A stretch of 64,000 nt of DNA from Candidatus Cloacimonadales bacterium (lineage in GTDB: Bacteria > Cloacimonadota > Cloacimonadia > Cloacimonadales > DAONDQ01). Below, one piece after another: positions 20,006 through 28,452 of the stretch. Made by a program: the position numbers and the translations under genes. The number at the start of each line of letters is the position of its first letter. Within the stretch, counting starts at the first letter, position 1. The notes below the pieces were generated by a model. That model was not told where the DNA came from and made no database searches. It saw only the letters and a program-made list of their open reading frames with translations. The stretch lies in contig OY759316.1 of the NCBI GenBank assembly GCA_963662275.1, positions 4,032,001 through 4,096,000 on the forward strand, written 5' to 3'.

Positions 20006-21607
20006 TCATTTCCCAGTCCATCCACCTTCATGATATAGAGCTTGGATTTCTGGTTCTGTAAGGGCACGATTGTAGATGCGGAGATCATCTATGATGCCAT
20101 TAAATTTATCAAATGTGTTATTACTATGTTTCCCAATCGTTAAATTATAAGATACTTCTACTGATACACTTGAGAACTCTCTTTCGGAAATTAATACTCC
20201 ATCCAAGAAGAATTTATTATATGAATTACTCATTACTCCAATAACATGATGCCAATGCCAATCATTAACAGGACTCTCTGATGAATTTGCGTAATTTGCT
20301 GTTTGATATAAAACTTCAAAACCTAACTTGTATGAATTATTATACATCAAAATATCATAACCATTTCTTGAACTTACTGTACCTCCAGGATAATCATCTT
20401 TTGAAAGCAAAACAGATATGTTAGTTGCTTGTTGAGAAGTTCTAAACCATAATGAAATGGTTTTGGTTTCACCTATAAGTAAATTAAAAACATTATTTGG
20501 TGGATTCCCGCAATCTATATAATCATCCACTCCATCAAAACTGTAAGCTTTAGCTGAATTACCAAAACGATCAATTGATAGTGTCGGTCCATTTGAAGGT
20601 GTCCCATTATATCCATTTCCACTTTCGTCATTCGCATTCCCATTGAATGGATAGTAGGCGACTAAGCCATTCGTTGGAATTTCAGTATCCACAATCTTAC
20701 TAACTGTATTCGTATAACTTGAATATACATCATCTTTCTTTGCTCTGACCCGATAAGTGTACGTTCCGATTTCATTGAGATAGTCTATATATGCTGTTAC
20801 TCCTGCATTTAAAGTTGTTTGAAGAGTATATCCCTCATTATTTTTCTTCCGTTCTATTTGGTAAGCTGTGGCAATCGTGCTATTCCGAGTCCAAGTGATC
20901 GTAAAATGATAGAAGGAAGAATCAGTTATGGCTAAGTTTGTAGGCGCTCCCAGTCCGGAATAGATGACATTTTGCTCTTGCCAGGCTGAGTTTAGGTTGG
21001 CGGTGTAAGCTTTTACCCGATAAACCAAACTCATGGGAGTAGGGGGCATCTCGGGAATACTGTTTAAATAGGTCTCAGTATTAGCAGGTCGATCATCAAT
21101 CTCAAGAAATCCTGCTCCATTCAAGTTTCTTTCAATTTTGTATCCAGTTTCCTTGTTACTGTTATCATTCCAGTTTAAACGGACACCCTGCATTTCGATT
21201 GTGTTGGCAGTTAATCCTGATGGAGTATTCAGGATAATAGATGTGTAATTGGATGCTACCTGGTTGGAGTATTCAGTAAAGTAATCACCTTTTTGCACAC
21301 GAAGTCGATATGTTGGATTATGGTCAAATTCCATGTTCAGAGTCGTATCTGCAAAAACACTGGAAGATAGCTTTTTCAAAGTAATGGGTTCATAAGCAGC
21401 ACCAGTCTTGCGTTCAAAGAGCATCGTAGCGCTGTTGGAGTAGGAATAATTCAGTTCCAGCTTGAAACCAATGGCGGTATCTTCTGTAATACCGACAATC
21501 TGTGGCTGATTCAGTAGGTCTGAATCGTTTTCGAGCGGGCTGTTCCAGTCACGGGAGCAGGAGAGAAGTAAAAAAGTAAGAATTAATAAACCAAGTATGA
21601 GCTTCAT
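20006..21607 (-). CDS. Lipoprotein with FN3 domains and a C-terminal LamG-like jellyroll
   Basis: Lipobox; FN3; GLVAYYPFNGNANDESGNG...DDLRIYNRAL; N-terminal ~310 aa paralogous to 14958-16463. Confidence 0.88.
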   Translation of the reverse strand: MKLILGLLILTFLLLSCSRDWNSPLENDSDLLNQPQIVGITEDTAIGFKLELNYSYSNSATMLFERKTGAAYEPITLKKLSSSVFADTTLNMEFDHNPTYRLRVQKGDYFTEYSNQVASNYTSIILNTPSGLTANTIEMQGVRLNWNDNSNKETGYKIERNLNGAGFLEIDDRPANTETYLNSIPEMPPTPMSLVYRVKAYTANLNSAWQEQNVIYSGLGAPTNLAITDSSFYHFTITWTRNSTIATAYQIERKKNNEGYTLQTTLNAGVTAYIDYLNEIGTYTYRVRAKKDDVYSSYTNTVSKIVDTEIPTNGLVAYYPFNGNANDESGNGYNGTPSNGPTLSIDRFGNSAKAYSFDGVDDYIDCGNPPNNVFNLLIGETKTISLWFRTSQQATNISVLLSKDDYPGGTVSSRNGYDILMYNNSYKLGFEVLYQTANYANSSESPVNDWHWHHVIGVMSNSYNKFFLDGVLISEREFSSVSVEVSYNLTIGKHSNNTFDKFNGIIDDLRIYNRALTEPEIQALYHEGGWTGK

Positions 21608-21836
21608 TTAGCCTCCACGGTTTCACAATTAACATATACACAATGTTATTGGTTAGTATAATTATTGTCAAGCTTCACGTGAAAACGAAGATTGTAACGC
21701 CACTTGTAACGCGTTATAAATAACGCGTTACAATAGGTTCCGCACTACCTCCTGAAGTAAGTGCTACTTTAGTTCTTGACGTAATCATTGTATCTTTGCA
21801 AATAATATTTCCAGTAAAAGAAACAAAGGATTTATC

Positions 21837-22682
21837 ATGAAAATCATAGATGCGCATATGCATTATTCAAAAATCGATTCCTTCCAGCAAGCCTCAAAGA
21901 AGAATGGTGTAGTCTATACAAGAGAAGGATTAGTCAGAGAAAATCAGAAGAACAATATTGTTGCAGGCATCTGTATGGGACTGAATGAAACAGTTACAGG
22001 CTCATTCCCTGATGATATGAGTCAAACACCAATGGGTTGTGATTTGGATGAAATACCTCGCAACCTATATTACTGTGCAGGAATAAACCCTCTTAATTTA
22101 AGAGGAGAAGCTTTGCATCGCTTAGATAGAGCCATTGATTCAAAGCAGTGTGTTGGGATAAAGATTTATGCAGGATATTACTACTTTATGGTAACCGATA
22201 AGATATATCTTCCTGCTTATGAACTTGCATTAAAATACAATGTTCCAGTTGTCATTCACAGCGGAGATACATACAGCGAACGCGGCTTGCTGAAATATTC
22301 CCATCCACTTGCGATTGATGAGTTAGCAGTCAATAATCCGGATATGGTTATTATAATCGCTCACCTGGGGAATCCCTGGCTTATGGATACGGCTGAGATT
22401 CTCTATAAAAACAAGAATGTTTATGCTGATCTTTCCGGTTTACTGGTTGGTGATAAAGCTCTGTTTGAGCGTTTCTGTTCACAAGAGTTATATATGAATA
22501 TGTTCAAAACAGCTTTGATCCTCGCAGATCATTATGATAAGCTGCTTTTTGGAACGGACTGGCCTTTGGTACCCATTGATGTGTATATTGATTTTATTAA
22601 GAAGCTTGTTCCTGGAGAACATTATGCAGACGTTTTTTATGGGAACGCTCTAAAAGTATTCACCAAATTACGAGTTGAATAA
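21837..22682 (+). CDS. Amidohydrolase_2 family protein
   Basis: IIDAHMH, GIKIY, IHSG, AHLGNP, LFGTDWP. Confidence 0.9.
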   Translation: MKIIDAHMHYSKIDSFQQASKKNGVVYTREGLVRENQKNNIVAGICMGLNETVTGSFPDDMSQTPMGCDLDEIPRNLYYCAGINPLNLRGEALHRLDRAIDSKQCVGIKIYAGYYYFMVTDKIYLPAYELALKYNVPVVIHSGDTYSERGLLKYSHPLAIDELAVNNPDMVIIIAHLGNPWLMDTAEILYKNKNVYADLSGLLVGDKALFERFCSQELYMNMFKTALILADHYDKLLFGTDWPLVPIDVYIDFIKKLVPGEHYADVFYGNALKVFTKLRVE

Positions 22683-22693
22683 AGGATTACTAA

Positions 22694-25600
22694 GTGTTAC
22701 AAGATGAAATGAGAATTGTAGAATATGATCCAATTTATGCCAAGTGTATTGCAGAGATGTGGAATAACAGCGGTTCGGGCTGGAACGGAGATAATACTCA
22801 TTATACAGAAGCTGGCGTAAGAGATAAGGAAGCAGTTTCGTCCTACCTGCATTTATATTTAGCTTTCATTGGAGATAAAGTCGTTGGTTATTGTAAGCTC
22901 TCCAAATACTTCTATGATGAGAACACTCTTTACATCGATTTACTGAATGTTGATCCGCAATATCATAACATGAAGATTGGGAAGGCATTGGTCAAAAAAT
23001 CCGTAGAGCGAACAATTGAATTAGGATATCCCAGGTTGGACTTGTTTACCTGGGCAGGTAATACAAAAGCAGTCCCGCTCTATAAGAAATGCGGTTTCTT
23101 CTGGGAAAAGATGGAAGCTAACTCCACACACTTGATGAATTTCATTCCTGCTGTATTCAACACTGCTTTGATAAAAGACTATTTTACCAGTATTGACTGG
23201 TACGATGACTCAACAAGAACAATAGACATAGTACCTGATGGAAGAACAGAGAATAACTTTGATTTCCTGACCTATTGTTGGGAAAAAGACGGTAGGAAAC
23301 TAGTCGTAGAATTTGAAAAGACAGGTAGGGGAATTCACAGTATAGATACAGATGAATTTCAGATTGTGACAGAAATAGAAAATGGGAAACTGGTGTTTGG
23401 CAGGAAATACAAAGTAAAATATGACATCTTAAATAAAACAGGGAAAGCACAAAAGGTTGAAATCAAAGGAATAGATGATAAGAATATCAAGTTTGATTTG
23501 AACTTCAGTGGAGAAGTACTTGGAAACAAAACAATCGAAGGAGAGTTTTATTTAGGCTCTATTGATTTTGAACAAAGCATGTGGAATACGCATCCTGCTG
23601 TTTGCGCTGAGATTACTTTCAACGGTAAATCTGCTATTTTCAAAACAGGTATCAATCCTCAGTTTCCTTTAAGGATGTTTGCCGGTAAGATGGAAAACAG
23701 CCTGTATACAGGTCGGAAAAAAGAGCTGTTTGTAAATGTTGAAAATAACTTTAATGAAGATGGTGAATTTGAGATAATCTTCCCAAAACAGAAGGATATT
23801 CACTTCGGTACAAGCACTATCAAAATACCCCTGGAAGCACATCAGAGAAGCAATTTCCCAATTAAAGTGACTGTCAGAAATTCTGTTCTCTACAATCAAC
23901 GGCTTGAAGTCAGAGTTCATTTAAAAAATGGTGAATCATTCAGCTATAGCCAGCCATACACGATGATCATATACATTCCAGAAGGTCGTACCTATGGTAA
24001 AAATAACGAGAAATATTCAATAATTAACGGAAAGAATGTTCTAATTCTAAATGAAGATGATGACATCAATACTCTCTTCTACAAAGTACTTAATACCGAG
24101 TTACATTGTTATATAGGCTATCCGAAAATCGGGAAACCTTACTCTTCGGAGTTCCTGCATAAGCAGCCTGATAAAATTGAAATCGTAGAAAAACACTATT
24201 CGGTAACTCTTAAAATGTATTACAGCTCTGATTCTTTCCCAGGCTTAAAGTTCATCTCCCATAATAAAGTATGTAACTCAGGAATGCTGGAACAATGGTT
24301 TGAGATTCTCTCATATCCTGATGGATGTGATGAGATATATCTGAATCGTTCCGTTATTGTCGATAATGAAAACATGACCATTCCTTATTCAGGAATGATC
24401 ATCAAAACAGATACCATAGCACATAATGATAATGCACATCTGAATTGGGATGGAGACAAAATAAATGAGAATTGGCTATATTTCACCAATAAAAACGATA
24501 GTATGTCTATTGTGTGGCATAAAAAGGATAGATTGGTTTGTTGTGAATGGTATTATGCTATCGAATATACGCTAAAAAAAGGAAAAGACTCTCGAACTCA
24601 TTCTCTGTTTATTGGATATAATGTCTTTTCTTCAGTGAAAGAGCTTCGTGAGTTTGCTCTTAGAAAGAAGGTTGAACCTGTAATTCCCAAATCATTTCAT
24701 GATCTGATCATTAACCGGGGGAATCCGTTTGTTGATGGTAAATGCAAAGTTGCTTATACTGATTATCGACAAACTCCCATGGATTGCACTGTCAATATTA
24801 ACTCTGAGAATGGAATATGCCCAAGTCTTAATGGAGTTGCAGAAAAAGATAAGGAAAAGCATGAGTTACGCTTTGAATTTAAAGCTAAAAGCAAATCGCT
24901 AATCGATATCGTAAAGGCAGAAGCTAATTATCCTACAAGGAGCTTTCACATAGAAAAGACTTTGTTTCAGAAGCAAAAGGGAGAAGTTCATCAATTCACT
25001 GAAAAAATTGAAGATCATACAGTTTATACTGTTGATAATGGCTTAATACGGTTCAAGGTTTCTCCTGGATATGCTCCAGCAGTGTATTCATTGGTTTATC
25101 AAGATCATGAATGGTTGGATAACAGCTTTCCGACCAGTTGTTCCAAATCATGGTGGAATCCCTGGTATGGAGGAGTTGAAAACAACATTGAAGCTATTAA
25201 ACGATCTTCCTGGATTGAGGAGAAACATATTATTGCTTTTGTGGAGAAAGCAGATAATTATGGTCAGATCTGGAAAGGAATAGAAATAAAGACTGCTATT
25301 GAAAACTATGATAGTCATAAGAACCTGGTTGTAAGCCAGTATTTCCTGGTACTCACTGGTCTTCCTGTCATGGCAGTATTCAGCAGTTATTTCCAGGAAA
25401 GTGGATTCTGCAGAGAACTCACGGGCTTTTCAAGAATCTTTGCAAAAGGGGACGATGAGATCACAAACTCCACGTTTGAACTAACCAGGGATGGAGAAGT
25501 TTTTGCTACTAATTGCGGTATAGAGGAAATCGACTTTAACGTTCTTGGCAAACTCCTGGCATGTGCAGGTAAGAACAGAAGAGAAAAACTGTATTTCTAT

Positions 25601-25783
25601 AATACCCAATCTCCTTTTAATGCTCACGCTGGCTCTGATTCTTCCACTATATCATTGCTCTTTTATCATCATTTATCGCTCAAAAATAATGAATGCAAAG
25701 CTACACCTATTAAATTCATAATCCTTTCAGAACTGGACATTCCGGAAAAGACACTGATTGATTTGGAGAGTATCAGGTTTTAG
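22694..25783 (+). CDS. Large protein with N-terminal GNAT acetyltransferase domain
   Basis: LNVDPQYHNMKIGKALV, TWAGNTKAVPLYKKCGF; ~850-aa beta-rich remainder. Confidence 0.8.
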   Translation: MLQDEMRIVEYDPIYAKCIAEMWNNSGSGWNGDNTHYTEAGVRDKEAVSSYLHLYLAFIGDKVVGYCKLSKYFYDENTLYIDLLNVDPQYHNMKIGKALVKKSVERTIELGYPRLDLFTWAGNTKAVPLYKKCGFFWEKMEANSTHLMNFIPAVFNTALIKDYFTSIDWYDDSTRTIDIVPDGRTENNFDFLTYCWEKDGRKLVVEFEKTGRGIHSIDTDEFQIVTEIENGKLVFGRKYKVKYDILNKTGKAQKVEIKGIDDKNIKFDLNFSGEVLGNKTIEGEFYLGSIDFEQSMWNTHPAVCAEITFNGKSAIFKTGINPQFPLRMFAGKMENSLYTGRKKELFVNVENNFNEDGEFEIIFPKQKDIHFGTSTIKIPLEAHQRSNFPIKVTVRNSVLYNQRLEVRVHLKNGESFSYSQPYTMIIYIPEGRTYGKNNEKYSIINGKNVLILNEDDDINTLFYKVLNTELHCYIGYPKIGKPYSSEFLHKQPDKIEIVEKHYSVTLKMYYSSDSFPGLKFISHNKVCNSGMLEQWFEILSYPDGCDEIYLNRSVIVDNENMTIPYSGMIIKTDTIAHNDNAHLNWDGDKINENWLYFTNKNDSMSIVWHKKDRLVCCEWYYAIEYTLKKGKDSRTHSLFIGYNVFSSVKELREFALRKKVEPVIPKSFHDLIINRGNPFVDGKCKVAYTDYRQTPMDCTVNINSENGICPSLNGVAEKDKEKHELRFEFKAKSKSLIDIVKAEANYPTRSFHIEKTLFQKQKGEVHQFTEKIEDHTVYTVDNGLIRFKVSPGYAPAVYSLVYQDHEWLDNSFPTSCSKSWWNPWYGGVENNIEAIKRSSWIEEKHIIAFVEKADNYGQIWKGIEIKTAIENYDSHKNLVVSQYFLVLTGLPVMAVFSSYFQESGFCRELTGFSRIFAKGDDEITNSTFELTRDGEVFATNCGIEEIDFNVLGKLLACAGKNRREKLYFYNTQSPFNAHAGSDSSTISLLFYHHLSLKNNECKATPIKFIILSELDIPEKTLIDLESIRF

Positions 25784-25864
25784 GTGTTAGGTGTTAGGTG
25801 TTAGGTGCTAGGTGTTAGGTGCTAGGTGCTAGGTGTTAGGTGCTAGGTGCTAGGTGTTAGGTGC
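25781..25864 (+). repeat. 12 tandem TAGGTG(T/C) heptamers
   Basis: Counted directly; first TAG is the GNAT stop codon. Confidence 0.97.
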
Positions 25865-25895
25865 TAGTGTTAATTACAAACAATAGGAGGGTAAG

Positions 25896-26258
25896 ATGAT
25901 TATCAAATCATACAAAGACTTAATTGTATGGCAAAAAGCCATGGATTTAGCCGTTGAAATTTATCGATTGAGCAAGAGTTTTCCAAAAGATGAATTGTAT
26001 TGTCTTACAAATCAAATTCGCAGAGCAGCCGTATCAATACCATCTAACATAGCTGAAGGCAAAGGTAGGAACTCAAAAGCTGAATATCTGCATTTCATTT
26101 CAATTGCACAAGGTTCGTTAGCAGAAACCGAAACACAAGTACTATTAGCTGTTCGACTTAATTATATTACTGAAACACAAGCAAATATGACGATTCAACT
26201 ACAGAATGAAATTAGCAAGATGTTGGCTACATTAAGGATAAAACTAGCTGAAGGTTAA
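25896..26258 (+). CDS. Four helix bundle protein (23S rRNA IVP family, Avd-like fold)
   Basis: SYKDL.VWQKAMDL, FPK.E.Y.LT.QIRRAAVSIPSNIAEG.GR, GSL.E.ETQ; GGAGG RBS. Confidence 0.95.
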   Translation: MIIKSYKDLIVWQKAMDLAVEIYRLSKSFPKDELYCLTNQIRRAAVSIPSNIAEGKGRNSKAEYLHFISIAQGSLAETETQVLLAVRLNYITETQANMTIQLQNEISKMLATLRIKLAEG

Positions 26259-26265
26259 AGCGATT

Positions 26266-26284
26266 CCTAGCACCTAATACCTAT
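26266..26284 (-). repeat. Inverted TAGGTGY-family heptamers containing the pyk stop
   Basis: cctagcacctaatacctat. Confidence 0.85.
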
Positions 26285-27716
26285 CCTCCTGCTGATGCTC
26301 AAGATCAATAATCTCCACCCTTGGGTTAATATGCGGATTTTCTGGAGAAGGACCTTCAGTTAATACGACTTTACTGCCACTCAAATCATAACGTTTCAGC
26401 AAGTCTTGTGCAAAGGCATTCCAGTTTGAAGGTGTTTCATTATCATGAATGGGGATGACACCATAGGTAAAAACCAATTGCTGGCAAGTACGCTTATCTT
26501 TGCATACAGCAGCTATCCAAACGTGTAGCTTAAATCGCGAAACCATACGAGAAGTATATCCAGTCTGTGTATGCACAATAACTGCTGCAGGCTCCATAAA
26601 ATCAACCGTCTGTTTAACATTATGCGAGACTACATCTGTAATAGAAAGATTGTGGATATTTCCGCATTCTGTTAAATCGGCGAGTGGTTCAAACTCAGGA
26701 CGATGCGGTTCTGTGGCAGCAGCAATGCGTGATAAAACGTTGACAGCTTCCACTGGAAACTTGCCCATTGCTGATTCTTCAGAAAGCATGATACAATCAG
26801 TTCCATCCAGCACGGCATTTGCAACGTCCGTTGACTCTGCACGTGTTGGTCTGAAGTTCTCAACCATCGATTCCAGCATTTGTGTTGCTGTTATTACGGG
26901 TATTCCCAAGCGATTTGCCATGTGAGTCAATTCTTTCTGAACGATGGCTATCCTTTCAATCTGTGTTTCAACTCCCAAATCTCCACGGGCTATCATGATT
27001 CCGTCAGCAGATTTCATAATATCCTTGATATTACTGAGTGCACCTGCCCTTTCAATTTTCGCAATAATAAAAGGCTTATATCCCATCTGGTGAGCTGCTT
27101 TGCGAACAGCATCAACATCAGCGCTGCTATTCACAAAAGACTGACTAATCGCATCCACACCATGCTTCAAGGCAAATGCCATGCATTCCTTATCTCTATC
27201 CGTAAAAGCGCACATTCCCAAATCAATACCAGGTAAATTCAACCCTTTGTGGGAACGCAATTCACCACCTGCTAACACACGGCAATGAACATCATTGCCA
27301 TGAATATGAGTCACTTGCACTTGGATGATACCATCATTCAAAAATATGATATCCCCAGGTTTAACTACTTTCGGCAACTGTGGCAGACTCACCGATACCC
27401 GTTCTTTAGTCCCTTCCACAACTTCTGTTGTTAATATCAGCAAATCATCTCTAACCTGTTCGATAGGCTCTTCAGCAAGATGTCCAATACGAATCTTTGG
27501 ACCGGGAAGGTCAGCCATAATGGCTAATCTTTTCCCTGCTTTTCTGGCTGCTTCTCTTAAATTAAGAATCGTCTTCTCATGCCAGTCAAATGCACCATGA
27601 GAAAAGTTCAATCGGGCTATGTTCATACCCGCATTAATCATATTCAGCATAGTTTCAGGTGCTTCTGAAGCTGGTCCAATTGTACAGACTATCCTTGTTT
27701 TGTTGGGCGAAAGCAT
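26274..27716 (-). CDS. pyk: Pyruvate kinase
   Basis: KTRIVCTIGPAS, ARLNFSHG, IIAKIE, MIARGDLG, TATQMLESM, TRAE.TDVANA. Confidence 0.97.
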   Translation of the reverse strand: MLSPNKTRIVCTIGPASEAPETMLNMINAGMNIARLNFSHGAFDWHEKTILNLREAARKAGKRLAIMADLPGPKIRIGHLAEEPIEQVRDDLLILTTEVVEGTKERVSVSLPQLPKVVKPGDIIFLNDGIIQVQVTHIHGNDVHCRVLAGGELRSHKGLNLPGIDLGMCAFTDRDKECMAFALKHGVDAISQSFVNSSADVDAVRKAAHQMGYKPFIIAKIERAGALSNIKDIMKSADGIMIARGDLGVETQIERIAIVQKELTHMANRLGIPVITATQMLESMVENFRPTRAESTDVANAVLDGTDCIMLSEESAMGKFPVEAVNVLSRIAAATEPHRPEFEPLADLTECGNIHNLSITDVVSHNVKQTVDFMEPAAVIVHTQTGYTSRMVSRFKLHVWIAAVCKDKRTCQQLVFTYGVIPIHDNETPSNWNAFAQDLLKRYDLSGSKVVLTEGPSPENPHINPRVEIIDLEHQQEDRY

Positions 27717-27733
27717 AGGCACTCCTTTGCAAA

Positions 27734-27907
27734 AGGTATTAGTTGTTAGGTATTAGGTACTAGGTGCAGAACAAACATTTCATACGTGATTTTTTAAAAT
27801 TCTGAAACTATTTCCCTCTCTTTGGATAAAGAGAGGGATTAAGGGTGAGTTTGATTCTCTGCTCTGATTCTGACATCTATCACCTAGCACCTAAGACCTA
27901 AAACCTT
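27734..27907. repeat. Forward (27734-27767) and reverse (27874-27907) heptamer arrays around a CCCTCTCTTTGGATAAAGAGAGGG palindrome
   Basis: AGGTATT/AGGTACT/AGGTGC units and CACCTAG/CACCTAA units; palindrome also at ~3272 and ~3532. Confidence 0.8.
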
Positions 27908-27921
27908 CTTTAATTCTCAAT

Positions 27922-28236
27922 TTATGATATTCTCACTGCCGTACCGGAAACCGCTACCATCAGCATACCTTCGCGTACAACTTCATAATCCAAGTCAACA
28001 CCTACGATCGCATTTGCACCCATTTGCAATGCTCTTTGAGCCATTTCGTTAATTGCCAAATCTCTGCCTTGCTGGAGTTTTTCTTCGTACGCTGCACTGC
28101 GTCCACCTACTATATCCGTAACCGAGGCAAACATATCTCTTATGATATTTGCACCCATGATCGCTTCTCCGGTCACAATACCAAAATATTGTTCAATCGA
28201 ATGTCCTTCTACGTTGGGTGTTGTTGTGATAAGCAT
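27922..28236 (-). CDS. YbjQ (UPF0145) family protein
   Basis: ITTT..VEG..I..Y.GIV.GE, GGRS..YE, GANAIVG, GTAV. Confidence 0.93.
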   Translation of the reverse strand: MLITTTPNVEGHSIEQYFGIVTGEAIMGANIIRDMFASVTDIVGGRSAAYEEKLQQGRDLAINEMAQRALQMGANAIVGVDLDYEVVREGMLMVAVSGTAVRIS

Positions 28237-28311
28237 GATTTCCTCCTTATCCTTTTTTTGGATAGAGTTAATGAGTTAGAAAATTAGTCAATGGAAAAGA
28301 AGTTTGCAGAG

Positions 28312-28343
28312 GGTGCTATGTACTAGGTATTGGGTGCTAGTAC
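28312..28343 (+). repeat. Degenerate TAGGTGY heptamer array upstream of the ybjQ-family gene
   Basis: ggtgcta tgtacta ggtattg ggtgcta. Confidence 0.75.
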
Positions 28344-28452
28344 ATAAAAGTGGTTTTACGACAGTAAACCCTTTCAAATATGGCTAGAAATTAACAAGAC
28401 TTGCGCACTTGACCTATCATTATTGTCTGGTAATCAAACTCTCTTCTCTTCT

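Noticed and set aside
12900..21700. Integron cassette array
   Set aside because: No integrase, and the intergenic palindromes lack recognisable attC RYYYAAC/GTTRRRY ends; they match REP families found across the window
25896..26258. Diversity-generating retroelement (Avd) or rRNA intervening sequence
   Set aside because: No reverse transcriptase, no adenine-specific template/variable repeat pair noticed, and no rRNA gene in the window
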